A stretch of DNA of 64,000 nucleotides from Dehalococcoidia bacterium (GTDB taxonomy: Bacteria > Chloroflexota > Dehalococcoidia > Plut-88900). The translations under genes and the position numbers were made by a program. The notes beneath the pieces are model-generated. The model saw nothing but the letters and a program-made list of their open reading frames with translations. It did not search any database and was not told the DNA's origin. Positions within the stretch are counted from its first letter, which is position 1, and each line of letters opens with the position of its first letter. The stretch lies in contig OZ240215.1 of the NCBI GenBank assembly GCA_965197585.1, positions 448,001 through 512,000 of the forward strand, read 5' to 3'. Below are positions 19,259 to 30,100 of this stretch, one piece after another.

Positions 19259-20459
19259 CGGACAATGGCATCACGCAGGTCACGCTGGCGCCCCCGGCCG
19301 GTCCCGTGGGCTCGACGATAAGGCGTCCGCCCAGACGCCCGGCGTACACCCGCATGTTTGCGAAGCCGTGGCCCCGCTCCTCGTAGTCGTCGGGAAGGCC
19401 CACCCCGTCGTCCGACACCGACAGCCTGAGCTCATCCCGTCCGAAGTCGAGATCGACCAGCACCCGGCTCGCCCCGGCATGGCGAAGGGCGTTGGCGAGG
19501 GCGTTGTGGGCTATGGAGAACAGGAGACTCCTGACCTCCACCGAAAGCGGCGGCTCCACACCGTTCTGCGTCAGCTCCGCCGACACCGACGTGATGGACT
19601 TGAACGTCGCGACGTGCGAGTCCAGGGTCCAGCCCAACTCACCGCCCTCGAATATGCGGCCCATGTCAATCGGGTGTCTCAGCTGCCAGACGGCGGTCTT
19701 GGAAAGCCGTGAGGTGGCATCGAGCCTGGCGGCGAGCTCTTCGTTCGAGTCTCCGGCAACCTGTCTGGCCGCGTCTATCCCCAGGCCGATCATGAAGGCG
19801 GTCTGGGCGGCCGTATCGTGAATGGCCTGGGAGAGCTCGATCCATTCCCGTTGCAGCTCCCTTTCCCTTTCTATCGCCGCTCTCGCCCTGCGCCGCTGAA
19901 ACCGGGTGATGAAGTTGACAACCAGGACAACCCCGAACATCGCGAGCACCCTGGAGAACAGCATCTTCTCGTTGATCCCATCGAAGGCCATGCCCGAGCC
20001 GACGGTCAGGCTCACGCCGATATATATGGAGGCGGTGATGGTCGTCCAGGTGAGATTCAGCAGAGCGGAGGTGAAGATGGCGGCAAAAGCGGCGAGGGCA
20101 GGATAGTAGGGAATGTAAAGGAAGTTGTCGAAGCCCCCATCGACGCCGCCGCTGGCCGTGATCAGGGCTATGTCCATGGCGCTGAGGACGAGCAGGTGAC
20201 GCCACGTCACCCTGCGCCGGGAGAGCAGACGGTAGTGCACGTAGCCGTTGAGTGCGACCAGCGGCACGTGCATGAGCATGAACGGAATGTACTTGGCATG
20301 GGTGAACGTCGGTCGATAGGCGAGTTCGATCACGGCGCCGGCCCAGAAGAGCCAGCGTAGCCACACCGTGACCTTGGCGGCGTACGATGCCTCGCCCGGG
20401 TCGAGCCAGAGCATCTGGAGAAGCCGCGTCTGTATTGCGCCCATCGATGTCTTTATCAA
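19236..20459 (-). CDS. Membrane sensor histidine kinase (HisKA_3 type)
   Basis: Multiple TM segments; IHDTAAQ H-box; NALRHA, DDGVG, GHGFANM boxes. Confidence 0.92.
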   Translation of the reverse strand: MIKTSMGAIQTRLLQMLWLDPGEASYAAKVTVWLRWLFWAGAVIELAYRPTFTHAKYIPFMLMHVPLVALNGYVHYRLLSRRRVTWRHLLVLSAMDIALITASGGVDGGFDNFLYIPYYPALAAFAAIFTSALLNLTWTTITASIYIGVSLTVGSGMAFDGINEKMLFSRVLAMFGVVLVVNFITRFQRRRARAAIERERELQREWIELSQAIHDTAAQTAFMIGLGIDAARQVAGDSNEELAARLDATSRLSKTAVWQLRHPIDMGRIFEGGELGWTLDSHVATFKSITSVSAELTQNGVEPPLSVEVRSLLFSIAHNALANALRHAGASRVLVDLDFGRDELRLSVSDDGVGLPDDYEERGHGFANMRVYAGRLGGRLIVEPTGPAGGASVTCVMPLSGGGQQEG

Positions 20460-20896
20460 CTACAGGCCCCTATTCCGATACGCAAACTAACCCCCCTGAT
20501 GCCAAGGGGCGCCGGAGCCCAGTTGGATGACACCGGCCCGCCGGTCGAACTTGCGCAGCAACCTCGCGCCAGCTTGCCCCCAGCCTCTGCAGCGGGAACA
20601 GTGGCACATACACGGTGTGGCGCTCCAGCCAACCCGAGGCCGGTACGCCAGCTGCACACAGCTGAAGGCGGTCACGAACCGGTGTGCCCGGACCAGTTAG
20701 GCCGCGACGTATCTCAGCCAGTCCGGGTCCAGGAGGATGAACATCGAACCGCTCCTCCCGAAAGACTCTGGCGGCTATCCCCGTTGGATGAAGGCCCCGG
20801 CTTTGGCGAGGCGCCTGAGACATCTCCTCTCCTGTGAGCGCGTGAGACCATGGAGTGTTTGGTGGTCACGACGGTGCGTAGATGACTATCAATCTA

Positions 20897-21047
20897 GCCA
20901 CTTTAGATTATGTCTACAAGAGCAAAAAGTTGCAGAAACACACTCTCTCAGAGCTAACACTATTGCCGTCCCAAGAGTGTGATTGGGCACTTACCAAAAC
21001 GATGCAGAGCCTCTACCGTTTTCATGGGCAATACCGTTCAGATGACA
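20897..21047 (+). promoter_or_regulatory. Conserved upstream element, copy 1 (before the LRR gene)
   Basis: GCAGAAACAC...TATTGCCG...GTGTGATT.GGCACTTACCAAA.CGATGCAGAG...TTTTCATGGG shared with 23776-23929. Confidence 0.75.
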
Positions 21048-21127
21048 GGCGGAGCTTAAGGCTGGCACCCCACTCAAGATAAGGGTAGTTCTACCGGAGG
21101 ACCTGTTCCCGACGCAAAAGGGAAGCT

Positions 21128-22393
21128 ATGACATTTCGAAGACCCAAGCTGCCAATCAAGACTGCGGTAGCCATGGCGCTGCTGGTGACGGCCGTCGTTG
21201 CCGCCTCAATGTCCATCCCGCCGAGTGGTACGGTCCTGGCCCAGTCTCCCGGCATCTGCGGCCGCACGCAGAAGGTGCAGGACGCCATCCTTGCCAAGCT
21301 GTCAGACGTTACCGCCTGCGGGGACGTCACCGATGCAAACCTGTCAGGGATAACCGGGACGCTTGCTCTGTCCGATATGGGTGTGACCACGCTCAAGTCC
21401 GGGGACTTCGCCGGTCTCAGCGGGTTGCAGGAACTGAAACTGGACGACAACCAGATCAGCTCGCTGCCCGAGGACATCTTCTCCGGACTCGCCGGACTCG
21501 AACGCCTGAACCTGACCTTCACCGAGGTGAGCTCGCTCCCGGAGAACCTGTTCGACGGCCTGACCAACCTACAGAACCTGAAGCTGTACCAGAACGGTCT
21601 TACGGCGCTGCCTGAGGAAATATTCGATGGCCTGACCAACCTGAAGGATCTCACATTCACCGCCAACAAGGTCAGCGCGCTCCCGGAGGAAGTGTTCGAT
21701 GGGCTAACTAGCCTCAACTCACTGGAGCTCCCCAGGAATTCGGTCGCTGCATTGCCGGAGGAGGTGTTCGACGGGCTCACCAACCTGATGGCCCTGAACC
21801 TGCACCAGAACAAGATCACCGCGTTGCCCGAGGGGGTGTTCGACGGCCTCGGCAATTTGACGTGGTTGTACCTGAGCAGGAACGAACTCACGGCGTTGCC
21901 CTCGGGCGTATTCGAAGACCTTGGCGAACTGCAGCAACTGACCCTGTTCAACAACAAAATCACGGCGTTGCCCTCAGGCGCGTTCGAGGGTCTGGGCGAT
22001 TTGAATTCCTTAGTCATGAGTCATAACCAGATATCAACATTGCCCGCAGGCGTGTTCGAAGGCCTCGGAAATCTGGATAGCGTGGAATTCGACCAAAACC
22101 CCGGGGCGCCGTTCACCATCACTGCGGAGTTGGAAAAGAAGGGCGCCGGTGTGGTCGTCAGTATCGACGAGGGAGCTCCGTCTTCGTTGTCGGTAACCCT
22201 TTCGGCCACGGGGGGCACGCTTTCCACGGACACTGTCACCATCGCTCGTGGCGCCCTGGAGAGCGAGACCGTCACCGTGACGGCATCCGGCACGGTCACG
22301 GTCAGCGTCGATTCGGTTGCTAAGAGTGGGACCAGGCTCATAGGTCTTGAGATAGTCGCCGGCAGTGACCTGACGCTTGTGGGGGGGATGTAG
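21128..22393 (+). CDS. Secreted leucine-rich repeat protein (about 9 complete 24-aa LRRs)
   Basis: Signal peptide; Cys cap GICGRT..C; LxxLxLxxNxxxxLPxxxFxG repeats. Confidence 0.93.
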   Translation: MTFRRPKLPIKTAVAMALLVTAVVAASMSIPPSGTVLAQSPGICGRTQKVQDAILAKLSDVTACGDVTDANLSGITGTLALSDMGVTTLKSGDFAGLSGLQELKLDDNQISSLPEDIFSGLAGLERLNLTFTEVSSLPENLFDGLTNLQNLKLYQNGLTALPEEIFDGLTNLKDLTFTANKVSALPEEVFDGLTSLNSLELPRNSVAALPEEVFDGLTNLMALNLHQNKITALPEGVFDGLGNLTWLYLSRNELTALPSGVFEDLGELQQLTLFNNKITALPSGAFEGLGDLNSLVMSHNQISTLPAGVFEGLGNLDSVEFDQNPGAPFTITAELEKKGAGVVVSIDEGAPSSLSVTLSATGGTLSTDTVTIARGALESETVTVTASGTVTVSVDSVAKSGTRLIGLEIVAGSDLTLVGGM

Positions 22394-22508
22394 ATGGCCC
22401 GCCCATACAACAGCGGAAGAAGCACGGCCATGGACGGCGCACCGCGTCGCTCAGCATTCGAGCTACACAGGGTCCCACCGATAGGAGTGACAGATTGAGG
22501 GAACCCAC

Positions 22509-23609
22509 ATGGAGACGGAGAGGAGGAGACCGGTGAGGAAGCTGCGATTCCAGACGACGGCCGTTCTGGCTGTCCTCGTCCCGCTTCTCCTGGTCGCCTG
22601 TGGTGATGGGGATGCTGGGTTGTCCCGCGCCGAGGTTGAGGAGATCGTGCGCGCGGAGATTGCGGAAGCGCCTGCGACGCCCCAGTCGGAACGCGGGCTT
22701 ACCCGCGCCGAGGTGGAACAGATAGTGCAGGACGCCATCGCGGACGTCCCCGACCCGCAACCGGGACTCACGTCCTCGGAGGCAGAGCGGATAGCCCGCG
22801 GCGTGATCGCGTCCATCCCGCCCAAGTCCGCCCTTGCCGAGTACACCCGGTACTTCGTGGGCAACGCCGTCAGCCTATACGAGACCCAGGGACTCGACGC
22901 GACCCTGGCCTACTACAACCGCCCGGAGAGCATCGACGGCCAGTGGTACCTGTTCATCATCGACGAGAATGGCCTCGCCATCGCTCACCCCGACCCGGGC
23001 CGCCTGGGACTCGACCTAAAGGGCTGGGTGGGGACCGACGCCAACGGTTACAACTTCGGGCCGGACATGCTCTCAGCCACCGAGGAGGGCAAGTGGGTGT
23101 CCTACGTATACAGGAACCCGGAGAGCGGCGGACTCGGTTCCGACAACACCGGGGCCATGCAGCTCAAGAACGCCTGGGTTGTGAAGCACGATGGGCTGCT
23201 GTTCGCCTCCGGCTGGTATGTCAACGCCGACGAATTCACCAGGTCCCTGGTGTTCGCCGCCGTTAACAAGTTCCGTTCGGCAGGACTGGAAGCGACCATC
23301 GCATACTTCACTGGCCCCGAGAGCGTCTATTCAGGACTGGCAGCGACTATCGACTACTACAACAGCGCCCAGACCGTCGAAGGGGAATGGTTCGCGTTCA
23401 TAGCCGACAGCAGCGGCACGATCGTAGACCACTACAACAAAGCACTGGTGGGAACGGACCTCAAAGACCTGCTCGGCACGGATGTGTTCGAGGCCACCGC
23501 AGAGGGCAACTGGGTGACCACGGAGGACGTGCGCGTTTGGGTGGTCGGCTACGACGGGATGACCTTCGGGTCGGGCTGGCATAGCGGCCACGACGAATCG
23601 GGTAGCTGA
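22509..23609 (+). CDS. Lipoprotein with tandem Cache-like ligand-binding domains
   Basis: Lipobox LLVAC; WYLFIIDENG..IAHP...G.WVSY...K...V..HDGLLFASGWY; start may be GTG 22533. Confidence 0.8.
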   Translation: METERRRPVRKLRFQTTAVLAVLVPLLLVACGDGDAGLSRAEVEEIVRAEIAEAPATPQSERGLTRAEVEQIVQDAIADVPDPQPGLTSSEAERIARGVIASIPPKSALAEYTRYFVGNAVSLYETQGLDATLAYYNRPESIDGQWYLFIIDENGLAIAHPDPGRLGLDLKGWVGTDANGYNFGPDMLSATEEGKWVSYVYRNPESGGLGSDNTGAMQLKNAWVVKHDGLLFASGWYVNADEFTRSLVFAAVNKFRSAGLEATIAYFTGPESVYSGLAATIDYYNSAQTVEGEWFAFIADSSGTIVDHYNKALVGTDLKDLLGTDVFEATAEGNWVTTEDVRVWVVGYDGMTFGSGWHSGHDESGS

Positions 23610-23775
23610 GCGGAGGGGGACCCGTCGCTCGGTTTTCCGGGCAACAAGGGCCGCATACATGGATACGTCCGAGCTTCGAAGGCGGCGGGAGAACGGGCTT
23701 GCTTAGGCCCTCCCGGCTGACGGCTTGGACATCCCATTGCTTAGGGGATTGCGGTCGTCCGTGAGAAGGATTGGT

Positions 23776-23929
23776 GCCACTTTCGTTTATGCCGGCAAGA
23801 GCGCAAAGTCGCAGAAACACTCTCCCTGAGAGCAAACATATTGCCGCCCCCAAAAGTGTGATTAGGCACTTACCAAATCGATGCAGAGTCTCTAGTGTTT
23901 TCATGGGGCAATGCCTAAGAAGAATGACA
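23776..23929 (+). promoter_or_regulatory. Conserved upstream element, copy 2 (before the giant gene)
   Basis: Colinear similarity to 20897-21047. Confidence 0.75.
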
Positions 23930-24187
23930 ACATAAGCGGAATCACAGGCCGCCGCTCTACGTGCGGACAGCGGAGGAGGCCGTAGGCTCCGCTCATCCCG
24001 CCCGTGCAGAGGGAGGCATTCATTTGGCGCTCGACAGACCGGTCCATGCACCTGAGACGGCGGATGGAGGGATGGCCCCTGCCGTCGCTGCACCGGTCGC
24101 TCTGGGGTCCGCAGCGCGCGGCGACCTAGCACAGATGCCCCCCCGGGTTTATCGATTCTTCGTGCTGGGTAGAAAAAGGGTGGTGCC

Positions 24188-27100
24188 ATGACTCTACCCA
24201 GCCGCCGTGCTCTTCTAACCCTCCTCATCCTTCCCGGGCTACTAGCCCTATTCGCCCTGTACTTGGTCATACCCTGGTCCACAGCCTCCGCGCAGCAAGC
24301 CTCACAGGAGGGTACGTGTCCCGGAGCCGACTCAGCCCCGACGCCGACCGTGGTAGAGGTTGGGGCCGTTCCTATCGTGGTCGAGTCTACTACCGACGAG
24401 TACTTCGTGCTCTATGTACGGCACGATCTGGACGCGGACACCACGTTTGAAGTACCGGTCGGGGTAACCCTGGGCCAGGACGGCGCCACGACGCTGACCG
24501 AGAGCTTGGAGGCACTGCCCAAAGAGCGCTACCGGGTGGAGAAATACCTCGTCAGCGACCCCGCCGATGTCGATGGCGATTGCACTGATGACATTACAGA
24601 GCTGGCGGACCCGGTGGGCATGAACCCGGTGAACCCTGTCCCAGCCATGAGTTTTGACGATGGCGCGGCGGCCATTCCTAACCGCGAGACGTATGTGTCG
24701 CTTGCCTACAAGGGCGACAGCGGTATCGACAGCCATCTCAGGAACCTGGAGGCCGTCAAATTCCATATGGTCGACATGAACACCGACCGCCCATCCGTCT
24801 ATTTCATGAACACCAAGACGTACCGACGACACGATGACTTCCAGGCGGCCGTTGGTCTCGAGGTCAACCCACTCCACGGACATGAGACGATGGTCGCCGA
24901 GATGGTATACCACCCGAAAGCGGTCGCTCCCGACGGGTCTCTGGGTGTTTATCGTTTCCAGTTCGGGGCCAACGATGTCTACTCTTTCAAAGAGATCTCC
25001 TATGCGTTCACGGTTCTGGCAGCCAGCATGCCGCTGCTGGAAGAAAACCTCGCCTATTACCCGATGTGGTCGAAGGCGGTGGCACGCTATCACGAGGATC
25101 AGTCTCTCTATGATGATTCCCGGGTCGACGTGCTGCTTGCAGAAGACATCGCTTTCGATCTGGATTTCATCTCCCTCAACCCAGGGGAGGGGTTCGGATT
25201 CCTGCGGGTCATGTCGCTGGAGGAACGCCCCAACCCTCGCGACATCGTGATCTACGAGACGCTGCCAAACGATCTCTCCCGCGTTGCCGGAATCATCACC
25301 ACCGTACCCCAAACGCCGCTTTCGCATGTCAACCTGCGCGCGGTGCAGGACGGCGTCCCCAACTCCTTTATTCGAGACGCCCTCGAAGACGGCGACATCG
25401 ATGGCCTGATCGGCAGCTACGTCCAATACCTGGTGGGCTCGTCCGGCTACTTCCTCCGCGCCGCCACACCCGAGGAAGTGGATGCCCACTACAAAGCCTC
25501 GCGGCCCTCTGAGACGCAAACGCCGGAACGGGACCTCACGGTCACGGAGATCACGGCCCTGAGCGACATTGAATTCGACGACTGGAACGCGTTCGGCGTC
25601 AAGGCGGCGAACGTGGCCGTTCTGCGGACCCTGGGTTTTCCTGACGGCACCGTCCCAGACGGGTACGCGGTGCCGTTCTATTTCTACGACGAGTTTATGA
25701 AGCACAACGAGTTCTATGACGATGTGGAGGAGATGCTGGCTGACTCGGACTTCCAGTCGGACTTCGAGACCCAGGAGAAAGAGCTCAAGAAACTCCGCAA
25801 GAAAATCAAGAAGGGCGAGACCCCGGAGTGGATTATCGCGGCGCTGACGGAGATGCACTCCAAATACCCTGAGGGGCAATCGCTGCGCTACCGGTCCAGC
25901 ACCAACAACGAAGACCTGCCCGGTTTCAGCGGCGCGGGGCTGTACGACTCCAAGACCCAGCATCCCGATGAGACCGAAGAAGACGGGATTGCCAAATCGC
26001 TCAAGCAGGTGTACGCCAGCCTGTGGAACTTCCGGGCCTTCACCGAACGCGATTTCTATCGCGTCGATCACCTGGCGGCGGCGATGGGGGTGCTGGTGCA
26101 TCCCAACTACTCGGACGAACTGGCCAACGGCGTCGCCGTCAGCTTCGATCCTATCCGAATGAGATACGGAAATTACTACGTCAACACGCAGCTCGGGGAG
26201 GACCTGGTCACCAATCCCGACGCGCACTCGGCGCCGGAGGAAATCCTGTTGCACCAGGGCGGTGAGTATACCGTCCTCGCGACCTCCAACCAGATGCAGC
26301 GGGGGCAACTCCTTATGAGCGACGCCCAAATGGATCAGTTGCGCCGTCATCTCGAACTGATCCATGACGAGTTCGCCAAGCTGTACGGCATCGAGGGCGA
26401 TGAGCCGTTCGCCATGGAGATCGAGTTCAAGATCACCAGTGACGATATTCTGTCGATCAAGCAGGCCCGCCCCTGGGTCTTCGGCGACGACGTGCCATCG
26501 GAAAACGACCCGGCCACCGGAGCGCCCACCATCAGTGGGACGGTTCAGGTGGACGAGACGCTGACGGCGGACATCTCGGGCATCGCCGACGCCGATGGGC
26601 TGACCAGCTTGTTGTACGGCTCCCTCTACAGCTACCAATGGATTCGGAACGATGGAACGACGGAGACGGACATTGAGGACGCCGCAAACTCCACCTATAC
26701 CCTGTCGGACGCCGACGTGGGAAAGACCATCAGGGTGCGGGTGAGCTTTACCGACGACCGGGGCTACGAGGAGACGCTGACCAGCACAGCAACCACTGCC
26801 GTCACCCGGCCCAACAGCCCGGCCACGGGAGCGCCCACCATCAGTGGGACGGCTCAGGTGGGCGAGACGCTGACGGCGGACATCTCGGGCATTGCAGATG
26901 CCGATGGGCTGACCAGCTTGTTGTACGGCTCCCTGTACAGCTACCAATGGATTCGGAACGATGGAACGACGGAGACGGACATCGAGAATGCCACAAGCTC
27001 GACCTATACCCTGTCGGACGCCGACGTGGGAAAGACCATCAAGGTGCGGGTGAGCTTCACCGACGACTGGGGTCATGAAGAGAACTTAGTCAGCGCGGCG

Positions 27101-30100
27101 ACGACCGCTGTGCAGCCTCGTCCCAACAGCCCGGCCACGGGAGCGCCCACCATCAGTGGGACGGCTCAGGTGGACGAGACGCTGACGGCGGACATTTCGG
27201 GCATCGCCGACGCCGACGGGCTGAATAGCGTTTCTTACAGCTACCACTGGATTGCCAACGATGGGACCACCGACACGGACATACTGGGAGCGACCAGCTC
27301 CACCTACACACTGTCGGACGACGATGTGGGCAAGACCATCAAGGTGTGGGTGAGCTTCACCGACGACTGGGGTCATGAAGAGAACTTGGTCAGCGCGGCG
27401 ACGACCGCTGTGCAGCCTCGTCCCAACAGCCCGGCCACGGGAGCGCCCACCATCAGTGGGACGGCCCAGGTGGGCGGGACCCTCACGGCGGACGTTTCCG
27501 GCATCACCGACGCCGACGGGCTGACCAACGCTTCGTACATTTATCAGTGGATTGCAAACTATGGGACCACCGACACGGACATAAGCGGTCAGACAGGCTC
27601 GACCTACACCCTGGTCTCCGCCGACGTGGGCAAGACCATCAAGGTGCGGGTGGGCTTCACCGACGACGCCAACAACAGCGAGACCCTGACCAGCGAGGCG
27701 ACGGCGACGGTGCCGACGGCGGACGAGTGGTGGGCGGATATGTTGGTGGTGGATTACGGCACCGGCGCCATCGGCGCCGCCAGCGCCGATCTCTTTTCGA
27801 ACTCCGGGGGCAACGCTGGCCTTGAGGCAAAGTGGCTGTGGTACTACTCTCCGGAGCGGAAGCTTCGCTTGGCTTTTACGGATAACGTTCCCAACGTCAT
27901 CGACCTGACGCTGCTAGTTGGCGATGTCGCGCTGGCATTACAGGGAGGGGATGCCACCTTTACCTGGGAAGACGTCGACGTCGATTGGGAGGACGGTCAG
28001 ACCCTTACGACGCGCATCGTACGTGATTGGACGAGTGCGGTCGTCGCCCTCAACAGCCCGGCCACTGGGTTGCCGACCATCATTGGCACGGCTCAGGCGG
28101 GCGAGACGCTGACAGCGGACGGTTCCGGCATCAACGATGAGGACGGGCTGACCAGCGTTTCGTACAGCTACCAGTGGATTTCCAACGACGGGACCACCGA
28201 CACGGACATCCAGGACGCCACGGATTCCACCCACACCCTGACCGACGACGACGCAGGCAAGACCATCAAGGTGCGGGTGTCCTTCACCGACGACGCCGAC
28301 CACGAGGAGACGCTGACCAGCGGGGCGACGGGGGTGGTTGCGGCCAAGCCCAACTCTCCGGCCGCGGGAGCGCCGACCATCATTGGTACGGCCCAGGCGG
28401 GCGAGACGCTGACGGCGGACGTTTCTAGCATCGCCGACGTCGACGGGCTGACCAACGTTTCCTACAGCTACCAGTGGATCAGGAGCGACAACGGCACCGA
28501 CGCCGACATTGGGGGTCAGACAGCTTCGACCTACACCCTGTCCGACGAGGACGAGGGCAAGGCCATCAAAGTGAAGGTGTCCTTCACCGACGACGCCGAC
28601 CACGAGGAGACGCTGACCAGCGCGGCGACGGGGGTGGTTGCGGCCAAGCCCAACTCTCCAGCCACCGGGTTGCCGACCATCATTGGCACGGCCCAGGCGG
28701 GCGAGACGCTGACAGCGTACGTTTCCGGCGTCAACGATGAGGACGGGCTGACCAGCGTTTCGTACAACTATCAGTGGATTGCCAACGACGGTAACACCGA
28801 CACCGACATATCGGGACAGACGGACTCCACCTACACCCTGACCGACGCTGCCGCAGGCAAGACCATCAAGGTGCGGGTGTCCTTCACCGACGACGCCGAC
28901 CACGAGGAGACGCTGACCAGCGCGGCGACGGGGGTGGTTGCGGCCAAGCCCAACTCTCCAGCCACGGGAGCGCCGACCATCGGCGGCACGCCCCAGGTGG
29001 GCGGGACGCTGTCGGCGGACACCTCCGGCATATCGGACGACGACGGGTTGACCAACGTCTCTTACAGCTACCAGTGGCTGTCCGGAGGGTCGGACATCGC
29101 CGGAGCCACCGGGTCCAGCTACACCCTCAAGGACGTGCAGAAAGGGCAGACAATCCAAGTGCGGGTCTCCTTCCGCGACGATGCCGACAACGATGAGACG
29201 CTGACCAGCGATACGACGGCGACGGTGGTGGGGCCGCCGCTGACCGTCGGCAGCGATTTCACTCTGGACGCCGCCAACGGCTATCCGACCGGCATCTGGT
29301 CGGACGGGACCACCATGTGGGTCGCGGACTTCGAGGACGCCAAGCTGTACGCCTACCGGATGTCCGACCGGAGCCGGGATTCAGGTAAGGATTTCACTCT
29401 GGACGCCGCCAACGGCTCTCCGGTGGGCATCTGGTCGGACGGGACCACCATGTGGGCGTCGGACTTCGCCGACGGCAAGCTGTACGCCTACCGGATGTCC
29501 GACCGGAGCCGGGACTCGGGCAAGGACTTCAACACGTTGTCCGCCGCCGGCAACCTCTTTCCCGAGGGCATCTGGTCGGACGGGACCACCATGTGGGTCG
29601 CGGACACCGGCAACGACACGGTGTTCGCCTACGACCTGTCTACCAGGGCCTGGGACTTCGAGAAGGACATCACGCTGGGCCCCGGCCACGGTTCTCCGAT
29701 GGGCGTCTGGTCGAACGGATCCACGATGTGGGTTTCGGACTGGCGGGACGCCAAGCTGTACGCCTACCGGATGTCGGACCGGAGCCGGGACGCCGGCAAA
29801 GACTTCGCGCTGGACGCCGACGATGAATCTTACGAGGGCATCTGGTCGGCCGGGTCCACGATGTGGGTGGCGTCCCGCGACGACGCTAAGCTCTACGCCT
29901 ACGACTGGAACAATCCTGCCACGGGAGCGCCGACGATCATCGGCAGGGTCCGGGTGGACGAGACGCTGACGGGGGGCACCCGCTCCATCGCCGACGCGGA
30001 CGGGCTGGACGCCGCCATCTTCGAATATCAATGGGTTTCGAACGGCGGGAACGCCGACACGGACATCGCGGGCGCGACCGATTCGACCTACACCATCGTC

